Shown here: positions 8,797-19,189 of the stretch, piece after piece | How positions within the stretch are numbered: the stretch's first letter is position 1 | Layout: the number at the start of each line of letters is the position of its first letter | Origin: a virus | DNA length: 64,000 nucleotides | Reading direction: 5' to 3' (one strand) | Virus record (IMG/VR): IMGVR_UViG_3300017963_000217 | Location: 1-64,000 of that record | The notes under the pieces: model-generated | Seen by the model: only the letters and a program-made list of their open reading frames with translations | What the model was told of the DNA's origin: nothing | Databases searched by the model: none | Position numbers and translations under genes: made by a program

Positions 8797-8814
8797 TATC
8801 TTACTTACATTAAA

Positions 8815-8885
8815 GCGGGCATAGCATAGTGGTAATGCGGGAGGATTCCAACCTCTTGACCGGGGTTCGATTCCCCGTGTCCGCT
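8815..8885 (+). tRNA. tRNA-Gly(TCC), CCA not encoded (followed by CAA)
   Basis: GCGGGCA/TGTCCGC, GGAGG-ATTCCAA-CCTCT. Confidence 0.92.
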
Positions 8886-8909
8886 CAATAACCATAGGGG
8901 AGAGAGAAA

Positions 8910-10001
8910 ATGCCAGTAGTAACTTATAATCCGTTTACCAGGAATTATGATTTTATTGGTAGTACAAGTACATCAAGTGGGGTATCAGACCATGGATTAT
9001 TAAATGGTCTATTAGATGATGATCATCCGCAATATTTATTAACAGATGGATCTCGACAGCTATCAGCTGATTGGGATTTTGGTGCTTTTACTATATCTGG
9101 AACCGGAGATGTTCATTGTAATGATTTATATACGTCTGGAAGTGGTATCTATATAGGTGGATTGCATCTTACATATGATGGAAATGAATTTATTATACCA
9201 GATGATGTTTTTGTTGACAATAGTAATTTAATGGTCAACGGTGTGATTGGTACTGACACCAGTTTCTTTTTCCTTTCTTCATCAGGTATAATCGGTGTTT
9301 CGGGTATGCCAGATTTGTTAGAACTTAATCAAAACGAGATTATAATTAACGGTGATTTTATTTTCGACAGTAACACCATTTCTGGAACAGGCGACATACA
9401 CTGCAATGACTTATACACAGCTGGAAGTGGTATATATCTTGGTGGGCTACATTTAACTTATGATGGAAACGAACTTAATATTCCCGAAAATGTTTTCATA
9501 GACAAGGATGCATATTGTGAAAATTTATTTACTAACAACAATCTATTTGTTAGTGGTTCTATTGATACAAATAATATAGAATTTAATGGAACAATATCTG
9601 GTACTGGGGATATTTATTGTAACAACCTGTATACCAGCAGTGGTAGTCTGTATATAGGAGATTTACATCTATCATACAATGGATCACATCTAGTTATCCC
9701 CGAACAATTACAAGTTATGGGTGATATAGGTACTGGTAATAACCTGTATGTGGTTGGTGATGTTGTTTTTGGAACTTCATTTGGAACTATAGGTGTTCAG
9801 GGGATGGAAGATCTAATAGAAATTGACCAAGATAAGATGACGCTTAACGGCGATGTTGAAATAGGTGACATGAATGCATATTATCTTGGAGAGGCAACAG
9901 CAAGTGGAACTTGGCGAATAATAAGGGATGGAGAAGATCTAAAGTTCCAATGGTATGATGGTGGAAGTTGGAACGATGGTAATGTGACTGTCAATAGATA
10001 A
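8910..10001 (+). CDS. fibre-like virion protein with TISGTGD(I/V)xCNxLY repeats
   Basis: three internal repeats plus DHGLLNGLLDDDHPQY module shared with the fibre genes. Confidence 0.65.
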   Translation: MPVVTYNPFTRNYDFIGSTSTSSGVSDHGLLNGLLDDDHPQYLLTDGSRQLSADWDFGAFTISGTGDVHCNDLYTSGSGIYIGGLHLTYDGNEFIIPDDVFVDNSNLMVNGVIGTDTSFFFLSSSGIIGVSGMPDLLELNQNEIIINGDFIFDSNTISGTGDIHCNDLYTAGSGIYLGGLHLTYDGNELNIPENVFIDKDAYCENLFTNNNLFVSGSIDTNNIEFNGTISGTGDIYCNNLYTSSGSLYIGDLHLSYNGSHLVIPEQLQVMGDIGTGNNLYVVGDVVFGTSFGTIGVQGMEDLIEIDQDKMTLNGDVEIGDMNAYYLGEATASGTWRIIRDGEDLKFQWYDGGSWNDGNVTVNR

Positions 10002-10007
10002 AATTGA

Positions 10008-10083
10008 TGGGGGATAGTTCAGCGGAAGAACGTCCGGCTCTGACCCGGAAGACTCGAAGGTTCGAATCCTTCTCCCCCAGCCA
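10008..10083 (+). tRNA. tRNA-Gln(CTG)
   Basis: T1-A72 acceptor TGGGGGA/TCCCCCA, G73, loop CTCTGAC, CCA. Confidence 0.95.
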
Positions 10084-10101
10084 AAAATTTAGAGGTATAA
10101 A

Positions 10102-10449
10102 ATGTCTAAATGGATAACTATAATATTAACTGCTTTAGGTATGATAGTGGGCGGAATATTTTTTATAGAGGATAGATTCGAGAATGAATCTGATGCAGCG
10201 GAAACAAAATTAAAAGTAGCTGGTGTTGAAAGAGTTTCCCAAGAGCAAGTAGAAACATTACAATCTGTACAAAGATCTTTAGAATCTATGGAAAGAACTT
10301 TTGATCTGAGAGCATTAGAAAGTCTGCGTAACGAAAAATATCTAATGAGTAAACAACTACAGGAAGACCCTAATAACGAGTTATTAAAAGAAAGGATAGA
10401 GCGGTTAGAAGATAGGATCGAAAAGCTAGAGAACAAATTATATGATTAA
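10102..10449 (+). CDS. membrane-anchored coiled-coil protein (possible lysis accessory)
   Basis: N-terminal hydrophobic helix then heptad-rich region. Confidence 0.5.
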   Translation: MSKWITIILTALGMIVGGIFFIEDRFENESDAAETKLKVAGVERVSQEQVETLQSVQRSLESMERTFDLRALESLRNEKYLMSKQLQEDPNNELLKERIERLEDRIEKLENKLYD

Positions 10450-10477
10450 GTTATGAATATTTATAAAGGAGAGTTTT

Positions 10478-11479
10478 ATGGGTACTGAATCGAAGGATTT
10501 GTCAGTAATAAATGAAGTAAGTGATATAACTTTAAAAGCTGATAAATTAATAGATAAATCAAATATATTTATGCAAATTACTACTCGTGGGGCTGATGCT
10601 AGTAGTAAGTCATTAGTGGATTTTAAAGTATTTGATAATAATAAGCTCGCTAAACTGGCTGAAAATATGCCAGAAATAAATAGAGCTACTAATGTTTTCG
10701 GTAAGCAGAATTCTCAAACGACTAGCAAAATGATGTCATTAAACATGATATCACAATCACCTTATAGAAGATTAAAACAATGCTTGGCACAGATAGAACG
10801 TAAAAGATCAGCTTTGAAAGAAAACGTATTTAGACTCAGAAGAGATAAATTAGAGATGGATAAATTACTATATCTCAAAAATAAATTAGAGAATAAATTG
10901 AAAAATTGCGAGTTTGAAGAAGATCAAGATCCTCAAGATATACAATTCAAAATAGACTCAATAGAAATTGATATTCAGGAAAAAGCTTCTGGAATAGCGG
11001 ATTCAAATTTATATATCGAAGGCGCTCTAAAAGAAATAGGAATGTATCAAGAAGCTTATAATGAAATAAAAGAATCTCACAATATCCCGGATGCTTGGGA
11101 TGAAGAAGATTATGAAAAAGCAGAAATAGAAGAACACGTAAAAACTGCTTTTCTACATGCTATAAGAGATTTAGAAATGAATGGTAGACTAAATGTAGGT
11201 ACCCATGAATATTTAGAACAATATGGGGTTAACCCACAAAGTGCTTTAGTTTTTGTACGGGCATATTTAACTAATCACGCAAATCTCGTATCCAAAGGAA
11301 AAATACCTAATGTTAATGCTCTATATGAGTTTTTAGATGAAATGCATGGTATGTTTAAAGATGAATATAAACATGCTATGAAAAGAACTGGATTAAAGAA
11401 TATAATATCAAGAGATTTTTTATATATAGATTCGTCTAACCAATTAACCGAGGGTGAAGGAGATCAATCTGAAAATTAA
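10478..11479 (+). CDS. conserved phage coiled-coil protein
   Basis: SPYRRLKQCLAQIE motif, helical composition. Confidence 0.55.
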   Translation: MGTESKDLSVINEVSDITLKADKLIDKSNIFMQITTRGADASSKSLVDFKVFDNNKLAKLAENMPEINRATNVFGKQNSQTTSKMMSLNMISQSPYRRLKQCLAQIERKRSALKENVFRLRRDKLEMDKLLYLKNKLENKLKNCEFEEDQDPQDIQFKIDSIEIDIQEKASGIADSNLYIEGALKEIGMYQEAYNEIKESHNIPDAWDEEDYEKAEIEEHVKTAFLHAIRDLEMNGRLNVGTHEYLEQYGVNPQSALVFVRAYLTNHANLVSKGKIPNVNALYEFLDEMHGMFKDEYKHAMKRTGLKNIISRDFLYIDSSNQLTEGEGDQSEN

Positions 11480-11491
11480 TAGGAGAATTAC

Positions 11492-12193
11492 ATGTCAAAT
11501 AATTATATGAATGTAAATAGTAAGTATATTACTAAAGAAAAGGAACGTATATCTTTATTTATTGGTACACCAGCTTATGGATCCATGGTTCACACAGATT
11601 ACTTACACTCTTTAATGTCTTACCACGAAAGAAAGATACCTTTTACCACCATGACAATAGGCAATGAAAGTTTAATTACTCGTGGTAGAAATACCATACT
11701 TTCTTATTTCCATATAATGGCAGAATTTACACATTTATTCTTCCTCGACGCAGATATATATCTACATGCTGATGGGCTAATACAATTACTATCCAGAAAA
11801 AAAGATGTAATAGCAGCTCCAGTAGCGCTAAAAGGATTTGATGCTGATGGTAATCCCGTTTATAATATAGGAAAAATATTAGAGGAGTGTAATGATGGGT
11901 TAATAAAAGTAGATCGTGTAGGTACGGCTGTGTTTATATTATCTAGAAAAGCTTGTAATACATTAGTTGAAAAAGCTATATCAGACAACGATGTTTATTA
12001 CTCCAATAAACACACACGAGGAGATGCTCAACAAATAAACATGTATGACGTATTTAAAACCGGCGTGTTTGATAATGAATATTATTCCGAGGACTTTTAT
12101 GTAGCCAAAGTGTTGAGAGAGTTAGGATTTGATGTATTTGTTGACACCACAGTGCCGACCAAACATAATGGAATGTATGTGTTTGGGACCTAA
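11492..12193 (+). CDS. GT-A fold glycosyltransferase-like protein
   Basis: FIGTPAYG, ESLITRGRN, THLFFLDADI (DxD), YYSEDFY. Confidence 0.8.
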   Translation: MSNNYMNVNSKYITKEKERISLFIGTPAYGSMVHTDYLHSLMSYHERKIPFTTMTIGNESLITRGRNTILSYFHIMAEFTHLFFLDADIYLHADGLIQLLSRKKDVIAAPVALKGFDADGNPVYNIGKILEECNDGLIKVDRVGTAVFILSRKACNTLVEKAISDNDVYYSNKHTRGDAQQINMYDVFKTGVFDNEYYSEDFYVAKVLRELGFDVFVDTTVPTKHNGMYVFGT

Positions 12194-12245
12194 ACTTTTA
12201 TCTAACCATAGATTAGTAGAGGGACATATACAAAGGAGACGGACA

Positions 12246-12509
12246 ATGAGAAGACGTGGATGGCACTTGAAAGAGGAAGAGTTCTTGATCGACAATTACG
12301 AAACAATGACTATCAAAGAACTGCAAAAGGGATTGCTCGATCTATCAGATGGCAGATCTAAACGTGAACGATCGACCGATTCTATTAATGCCAAAATAAA
12401 ACGTCTCAAAGCCGAAGGAAGGATCAGGGGACAGAAAGATCAAGAAGCTGTAACTAGATCACTTATTCAAAGAGGGCGGAGAGACTATGACAGAGAACAT
12501 AAATCTTAA
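12246..12509 (+). CDS. Myb/HTH-like DNA-binding protein
   Basis: W..EEEFL.DNY..MT..EL...L...RS..SI..K pattern; start at ATG12246 after SD AAGGAG. Confidence 0.55.
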   Translation: MRRRGWHLKEEEFLIDNYETMTIKELQKGLLDLSDGRSKRERSTDSINAKIKRLKAEGRIRGQKDQEAVTRSLIQRGRRDYDREHKS

Positions 12510-12770
12510 TAATAATCTATGTAAAACATGTAAATATAGATTTAGAAGAGTTTTTATGCCGCTTAGGCCAGAGGAGTATCTGGATGAAGACGGCAATCGT
12601 GTATTAGAAAACGATGAAAATATTATAATAACTAACCAATGTTTATTAACTGGGATGGATCTAGATGGGGATATTACTATCGAATGTGATAGTTATAGAA
12701 GTCGTGACGAAAAGGAACATGAATCTATCACGTTTTTCAAGTATTTAAATTAAGGAAAGGGAATTGAATT

Positions 12771-13421
12771 ATGGAATTGAATGATATTTTTAATAATGGG
12801 TATAATAAATTACCGCATAAATTAACCAGGAGTTATTATTGGAAATATGTGTTATCTACTAATGACAAAGTGTTGCTACCAGCTCTTTGGGACAGTGTAC
12901 TAATTGATGATTATTTTTATGCTAGCGGTTTGTTAGTGGCTAATATTAGGCATGATACTATAATGATTAATAAGATAGGTAGTATGTCACATGCCACTAT
13001 TAGAAGATCATTAAATCATCTAAATAATATAGGAGCTATAGTTAAAATAAACGGTGCAAAATTCAGAAATAATAAGTATTTTCTGGGGTTTAGAAGAAAA
13101 AATGGACAAGATAGGATATATTTAATGTACCATCTGTTAATGAGGTTTGAAGAGATGGTAAAAGAAAATATAGACAATCAACTGTCTAGTATTCTGAGTA
13201 AAGAATACACTAACATATGGACTGCTCCAAAAATAACGAATTATAACCCATATTGTTTAAGAGTTGATTATAGAAAATTTATACTCAATAATATAGATAA
13301 TCACAATGTTTTACTATACGGCAGGGTATCAGACAAGGGATCTTTGTTTTGTACCTTGTTTAATTGTAAGGACATGTACCAAAAACCTCTACCACACCGG
13401 AATTATAGTGAAGCGAAATAA
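12771..13421 (+). CDS. putative winged-helix / replication-initiator-like protein
   Basis: MSHATIRRSLNHLNNIGAI wHTH-like segment; lies directly upstream of a repeat array. Confidence 0.4.
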   Translation: MELNDIFNNGYNKLPHKLTRSYYWKYVLSTNDKVLLPALWDSVLIDDYFYASGLLVANIRHDTIMINKIGSMSHATIRRSLNHLNNIGAIVKINGAKFRNNKYFLGFRRKNGQDRIYLMYHLLMRFEEMVKENIDNQLSSILSKEYTNIWTAPKITNYNPYCLRVDYRKFILNNIDNHNVLLYGRVSDKGSLFCTLFNCKDMYQKPLPHRNYSEAK

Positions 13422-13500
13422 CAAAGGTATAGGAGATATAAGTAAATTAAAGTTTATACCAAAAAGGTGGGACATGCTGGTTTATTTGCCATGCGGTGGC

Positions 13501-13634
13501 GATGATCAATCAACACACATTGATCAATATGATCTACGACATTGATCAATATGATCAATACATATAGATCAATATGAGCATCTTATATTTACTATTAATA
13601 TAAGTACTATTATTATAAGGTTACTACGTAACCG
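13501..13634. repeat. GATCAATAT iteron-like repeats (six GATC) plus AT-rich duplicated 15-mer and palindrome; candidate replication origin
   Basis: ACATTGATCAATATGATC x2 plus a variant; TACTATTA(A/T)TATAAG x2; GGTTAC-TAC-GTAACC. Confidence 0.55.
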
Positions 13635-13678
13635 GACGACTTTCTGAATCAAAAGATTTTTTCTTGTAGGAGGAAAAG

Positions 13679-14128
13679 ATGCCAGTAATTTTTACTAGGC
13701 CGATTGGCGGCGGGGGTGACATTGCCAGTGAAATTATAAATGATTCGTCTGTTGCCGGCGCTTCCGTTAAAGACGCCCTAGAATGGTTAGATCAAAATAA
13801 GGTAGATTATGATTTTGACGGAAATACCATTTCTGGAACTGGAGATGTTTATGCTGGCAGTTTTTACGGAGACGGCTCGAATTTAACGGGTATAATTACT
13901 GGTTCGGGTATAGCACGGGTATTTAAATTCAACCAGTATCTCATAACCGTCAGTGGGATGCAGGTTTATTCTCTGCCAGATTTACCAGTGGAAGACACGG
14001 AGCAGATATATCTGAACGGATTATTACAAGAACCAGGGCAGGACTATGTGATTTCAGGACAGGTGGTTAGTTTTATAGTTTCAATTGATTTAGGAGATAT
14101 TTTACTCGCGAGTTACATAGTTCAATAA
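13679..14128 (+). CDS. virion fibre/adaptor protein with YLNGLLQEPG.DY domain
   Basis: C-terminal domain shared with 14148 and 20197 proteins. Confidence 0.6.
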   Translation: MPVIFTRPIGGGGDIASEIINDSSVAGASVKDALEWLDQNKVDYDFDGNTISGTGDVYAGSFYGDGSNLTGIITGSGIARVFKFNQYLITVSGMQVYSLPDLPVEDTEQIYLNGLLQEPGQDYVISGQVVSFIVSIDLGDILLASYIVQ

Positions 14129-14147
14129 AATAAGAAGGAGGAAAAGT

Positions 14148-17100
14148 ATGGGCCAATTAAATACTTCGATTAGAGGCGCGCAGATTAGAGACCTATTTGC
14201 TGGTGACGGACTTTCTTGGTCTACGGCTAGTGGAGCAGGTCGTAATTATTTGGCTGTCAGCGTTGACAATCAGTCCATAGAGATTGATGGCGACGCCTTA
14301 CGTGTAAAGGCCGATGGTATCACTAATGATATGCTGCTTAATGATTTCCTCACTGTTACTGCTGGTTCTGGATTGGTGAACGGTGGGTTAGTAGCGCTTA
14401 GTGGTACGGTTACACTAGACGTTGGTGATGGTGTAGGAATTACAGTAAATGCTGACAGTATAGATGTTAATTATGATAATTCTACAATTGGCATAAATGG
14501 TAGCGATCAACTCTACGTTATAGCCAGTGGAGTAGATCATGACGCGCTACTGAATTTTGAGGCGAATGAGCACATTGACTGGACTGTTTCCGGATCAGAG
14601 CAGATTGACGAATCAAGAATTGTTGATTTTGATGTTAATCATGAAGAATTAGATGGTCTATTAGGTGCTTATGCTAATACTCATTATCACATAAGTGATG
14701 AGCAGTACGAAGTTTTGTCAAATGGATTTGTAAACAGGACTGATAGTTCAATTTCACTAGACGTAGGTACTAGAACGGTGACGGTGACTGGTACAGGTGG
14801 TGATTTTGTATACTATATTCAGGGAGACAGATTTACCAGCGCGGGAGACTCGGTTCAGTTTGCTGATACTGATGGAATTCATTTCGTATATTATGATGGT
14901 AATGGAGCTATAGCTACAGCTACTAGTACATGGGATTTAACACTACATGCTCCTATAGCTTATGTTCTTTGGAATAGCACACTTTCAAGTGGTATTCTTG
15001 CGGAAGAGCGTCATGGTATTGAAATGTCCGACGAAACCCATGAATATCTACATTATACAAGGGGTACTGCATGGCAGTCTGGTTTTGGTATAAGTGGATA
15101 TACACTCAATACTGATAGTAATGCAGCTGTAACTATAGGTATAGGAGAGGGTTATATTAGAGATGAAGACATCACCATTCATGTTAGTGATGGTACTGGA
15201 TCAGCGGACTTTGAACAGGATCTTACAGATGCTGCTCAGATTCCAGTATTTTATAGAGATGGAGATGGTGGCGCGTGGACATGGGATGCCGCTACCGATT
15301 ATTTTGTGAAAAATACCCCCGCTGGTCTTGTAAATTATAATAGTGTTTCTGGAACGGTGTGGTCACAAGCTGCAACTACTTCTGGTAACTATGTTGCATA
15401 TTTTATTGTAGCTACTAATAACATAGACAATCCTATTATATCTATTCAGGGACAGAGGGAAGATACTAGTGCACAAGATGCTTCTGACAATGCTAATTTC
15501 GGAGATTTGGTATTGGGAAATCTACCATTTCAAGAAATGAAGCTTTTGTACAGAGTAATACTTAACACTAGTGACTCGTATACGGATGCTATAAAAGCTG
15601 TTATAACGGATGTGGATGATTATAGAGCTGCTATATCAGCTCCCGCAGGAGCTTTTGTTGCTAGTGACCATGGTTCTTTGACTGGTCTTGGTGATAATGA
15701 TCATACTCAGTATCTTATGAGTACAACTGCTCCATTATCAGATAGTAGCCAGGTAGTTTCACTGGAGTACGATTCTAATGATCTGGGAGTAAATGGTAGC
15801 GATCAGCTTTACGTTATAGATAGTGGAATAGATCATGGTGGATTGTCTGGATTAGGTGATCAAGCAGATCATATATGGGCCGTAGTTAGAGATGGAAGTA
15901 GAGAACTGACAGCTAATTGGAATGCTGGCGATTTCGTAATCTCAGCTTCTGGAGTGGATCTGTCTTGTATCTACGGCGTGTATCTTGGAGGTAATCAGTT
16001 TGCATGGACTCCTGGTGGATGCGCCACAGATAATACTTCTGTTGGTATAGGCGCTGGTGATCCTTCCGCTGGTGCACGTAACACATTTATCGGAGCTGAT
16101 GCTGGTTTGAATGTATCATCTACTGGTGACGATAATACTGTTATGGGAGCTCAAGCTGGTTATCAGATGGGTTTGGGTTCTGATGATAACACTTTTATAG
16201 GAGCTCAATCTGGTTATAGTGTAACTATTAATAGCGATAGAAATACAGCGGTAGGTTATCAGTCTGGATATGGTATTACAAGTGGTGATGATAATACACT
16301 TATAGGATATAAGACATCAACCGGTGGAGATTCTAGTAGCAATACTGTAGTAGGAAGTTATGCTGGACAAGATATAAATGGCGCTGTCCAAAGTGTTCTA
16401 TTAGGAAGTTATGCTGGTGCCAATATTATAAGCGGTGGTTATAATGTAATTATAGGTCATCAAGCTGGACAGACCCTTACAACCGGTGCTTCTAATGTCT
16501 TCTTAGGTTATAATGCTGGAAAACTTGCAGATGCAGGTACTTCCAATACACTTTATATTGAAAACTCTGATTCATCTACACCACTTATTTATGGTGAATT
16601 CGACAATGATTTCGTCAGAATTCATGGCGATCTCGAGATTTATACTGCAAATGAATTAAGATTCTATAATGCTGGAAATAGCGCTTATGTTGGATTTGAA
16701 GCTGGTGCGGTTGCATCTGGTGCCAATCAGATTTGGGTACTTCCGCTCGCTGACGGTAACGCTAATGAGGTTCTTTATACCGATGGTGGTGGTAATCTAG
16801 GATGGTTGGATGTTGTTACAGAAACCGAGATGACCACAATCAGTGGTGACATTCTTCAGTACGTTTCAGATAACTATATTGATAATACTGAGATGACCAC
16901 AATTTCTGGCGACATTCTAAGTTATGTTTCTGATAATTATATCGATAACACCGAGATGACTACTATCTCTGGTGATATTATTAGTTATGTTGATGCTCAG
17001 GATACTGCTATTTCTGGAAGCTTGCAGTCTGATATAATTTGGGAAATTGTTGATACTCCAACAACCCAGATTAGACCTAAAGTTGAGCATTTACAGAAAG

Positions 17101-19118
17101 CTATATATACTGAAGGTAACGTAACTATTGGTGGAGACCTTACTGTTACTGGTACTCTGTTCTATACGGATACCGAAACTGTACAGGTTTCTGACAATAT
17201 TATGCATATTAATTATGGTGAAGTCGGCGCTGGTGTAACAGCTGGTGAAGCTGGTATTCAGGTTGACAGAGGTAGTGAGACTGATTATTACTTTGTATTC
17301 GATGAAGGAACTGATACTTTCCGTATTGGTGTATCTGGAAGTCAGGACAGTTTTAATCTTACTACATTACAGCCCGTTGCCACCCGCGAAGATCAGCCAA
17401 TTGATACAAGAGTAGCTTGGTGGGATGATTCAAGTAAAACACTGAGAACTCAGGGTGACACTTACATGACCATTAACAGTGGTACTGATACCATTGTTTT
17501 GGCTGCTAGTAATACAACTGAAGTAACTATTGATACTGGTGGATTGGCTCTTAAAACTGGTGCGGACGTAAATGAAATCAGCACTAGTATAAGCGCATCT
17601 TCCACTGACGATCAATTAGCTACTGCTTTAGCTATTTACAATTACATTGACACCGTATCAGGTGCTATGGTTCATAATGAGTTAGAAGGTCTACAGGGTG
17701 GAACTGCTGGTGAGTACTACCATCTGACAGCTAATGAAGAAGGTGCGTTTAGTTCTGATGGATCTACATTCACATTTACTCAAGCTCTTGCTGGTACTTC
17801 TTTGAATCTTAGCTCTACCCTTGATGTAACTGGCGCAGCTACACTGGGTAGCACACTGGATGTCACTGGAAATGCTGATTTTGGCGCCAACGTTAATGTT
17901 TCTGGTACGTTTAGTTTTGACGGTGTTGATGCGGTTAATGAGATTCTTGTTTCTACTGATTCTATTAGCGCTGCTTCAACTGATAGTCAGTTAGCTACGG
18001 CTAAGTTGATTTATGACTACGTTGATACGGTATCTGGTGCTATGGTCCATAATGAACTTGAAGGTCTACAGGGTGGTAACGGAGTAGATGAGTTCTATCA
18101 TCTTACTGCCAATGAAGATGCTGCATTTAGTTCTGATGGATCTATTTTTACATTTACTCAAAATATAGATGCTACTGGTAACGTTAATGTTTCTGGTACG
18201 TTTAGTTTTGACGGTGTTGATGCGGTTAATGAGATTCTGACTTCTGCTGACGATATTAGTGCGGCTTCTACTGATAGTCAGATAGCAACTGCTAAGTTGA
18301 TTTATGACGAGATACAGGCAGCAGTCACAGGATCTGGTATTATTACTCATAATACTTTGGACGGATTACAAGGTGGTACTGATAATCAGTACTATCATCT
18401 TACAAGTGCTCAGTACACCGCATTGACTGACTCTGGTGGAATTAATGATGCAGATGGACAGCATAGTCATAGTCAGTACTTGACCAGCTTTACTGAGTCT
18501 GATCCGATATTTGGTGCGTCAGCTGCCGCAGGTATTAGTGCAACTGATATAACTAATTGGGATTCGGCTTATAGTCATAGTACTACTACTACTGGTAATC
18601 CGCATAATCTGGATCTTGATGATGTACCAGATGGTACCACTTATGGTAGAGTTCTTAATACTCAGTTGAGTGCTGGAGTATATATAGACGCTACTGATAG
18701 TACTAAGGGTATAGCATCATTTGATAGTGGTGACTTTACGGTAACCAACGGTGATGTTGTCATTGCTACTTCTGGTGTTAATGAGCCTCAGTTGGCAATA
18801 GTTAATGCCCCAATAGCTAGTGGCGTTCTAAGTTGGAATGGTACTGGTATGGAGTGGGTAAGTATAGATACACAACTTGATGCTGTAACTGAAGGTGATA
18901 TCAAGGTGGAGAATGAATCATCTGATTGTAATGGCGTTACTACAGCATTTACTTTGGATAATACACCAGTCGACAATAGTGTACAGGTATTTCTCAACGG
19001 TCTGTTACAGGAGAAGGGTGGAGGACTTGATTATACTCAGGTCGGAACTACCATAACCTTTACTGTTGCACCACTTACTGGTGATATATTGATTATACAT
19101 TATATTGCTCAGGATTAA
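14148..19118 (+). CDS. large modular fibre/adhesin protein (1656 aa)
   Basis: His-rich DH/HN modules, N(T/V)xxGxxAG beta-roll repeats (YadA-head-like), C-terminal FLNGLLQ domain. Confidence 0.75.
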   Translation: MGQLNTSIRGAQIRDLFAGDGLSWSTASGAGRNYLAVSVDNQSIEIDGDALRVKADGITNDMLLNDFLTVTAGSGLVNGGLVALSGTVTLDVGDGVGITVNADSIDVNYDNSTIGINGSDQLYVIASGVDHDALLNFEANEHIDWTVSGSEQIDESRIVDFDVNHEELDGLLGAYANTHYHISDEQYEVLSNGFVNRTDSSISLDVGTRTVTVTGTGGDFVYYIQGDRFTSAGDSVQFADTDGIHFVYYDGNGAIATATSTWDLTLHAPIAYVLWNSTLSSGILAEERHGIEMSDETHEYLHYTRGTAWQSGFGISGYTLNTDSNAAVTIGIGEGYIRDEDITIHVSDGTGSADFEQDLTDAAQIPVFYRDGDGGAWTWDAATDYFVKNTPAGLVNYNSVSGTVWSQAATTSGNYVAYFIVATNNIDNPIISIQGQREDTSAQDASDNANFGDLVLGNLPFQEMKLLYRVILNTSDSYTDAIKAVITDVDDYRAAISAPAGAFVASDHGSLTGLGDNDHTQYLMSTTAPLSDSSQVVSLEYDSNDLGVNGSDQLYVIDSGIDHGGLSGLGDQADHIWAVVRDGSRELTANWNAGDFVISASGVDLSCIYGVYLGGNQFAWTPGGCATDNTSVGIGAGDPSAGARNTFIGADAGLNVSSTGDDNTVMGAQAGYQMGLGSDDNTFIGAQSGYSVTINSDRNTAVGYQSGYGITSGDDNTLIGYKTSTGGDSSSNTVVGSYAGQDINGAVQSVLLGSYAGANIISGGYNVIIGHQAGQTLTTGASNVFLGYNAGKLADAGTSNTLYIENSDSSTPLIYGEFDNDFVRIHGDLEIYTANELRFYNAGNSAYVGFEAGAVASGANQIWVLPLADGNANEVLYTDGGGNLGWLDVVTETEMTTISGDILQYVSDNYIDNTEMTTISGDILSYVSDNYIDNTEMTTISGDIISYVDAQDTAISGSLQSDIIWEIVDTPTTQIRPKVEHLQKAIYTEGNVTIGGDLTVTGTLFYTDTETVQVSDNIMHINYGEVGAGVTAGEAGIQVDRGSETDYYFVFDEGTDTFRIGVSGSQDSFNLTTLQPVATREDQPIDTRVAWWDDSSKTLRTQGDTYMTINSGTDTIVLAASNTTEVTIDTGGLALKTGADVNEISTSISASSTDDQLATALAIYNYIDTVSGAMVHNELEGLQGGTAGEYYHLTANEEGAFSSDGSTFTFTQALAGTSLNLSSTLDVTGAATLGSTLDVTGNADFGANVNVSGTFSFDGVDAVNEILVSTDSISAASTDSQLATAKLIYDYVDTVSGAMVHNELEGLQGGNGVDEFYHLTANEDAAFSSDGSIFTFTQNIDATGNVNVSGTFSFDGVDAVNEILTSADDISAASTDSQIATAKLIYDEIQAAVTGSGIITHNTLDGLQGGTDNQYYHLTSAQYTALTDSGGINDADGQHSHSQYLTSFTESDPIFGASAAAGISATDITNWDSAYSHSTTTTGNPHNLDLDDVPDGTTYGRVLNTQLSAGVYIDATDSTKGIASFDSGDFTVTNGDVVIATSGVNEPQLAIVNAPIASGVLSWNGTGMEWVSIDTQLDAVTEGDIKVENESSDCNGVTTAFTLDNTPVDNSVQVFLNGLLQEKGGGLDYTQVGTTITFTVAPLTGDILIIHYIAQD
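16824..16990 (+). repeat. 63-bp tandem coding repeat (TEMTTISGDILxYVSDNYIDN, about 2.6 copies)
   Basis: units start at 16824, 16887, 16950. Confidence 0.85.
17889..18238 (+). repeat. exact 59-bp direct repeat (17889-17947 = 18180-18238) within a larger duplicated module
   Basis: AACGTTAATGTTTCTGGTACG...GAGATTCT identical in both copies. Confidence 0.85.
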
Positions 19119-19134
19119 TAAATAGTTTAATAAT

Positions 19135-19170
19135 GGTTGGGGGTAAATAAATTACCCCCGACCTTAATTT
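19135..19170 (+). terminator. stem-loop after the large fibre gene
   Basis: GGTTGGGGGTAA-ATAAA-TTACCCCCGACC followed by T-rich tract. Confidence 0.7.
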
Positions 19171-19189
19171 TATTTAAGGAGTTACGAGA

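Noticed and set aside
7313-10100. Theta/HDV-like ribozymes after the tRNAs
   Set aside because: Sequences 3' of each tRNA are short AT-rich spacers without the nested pseudoknot.
13501-13582. CRISPR array
   Set aside because: Repeats are short and nearly abutting with no unique 30-40-nt spacers; no cas genes in the window.
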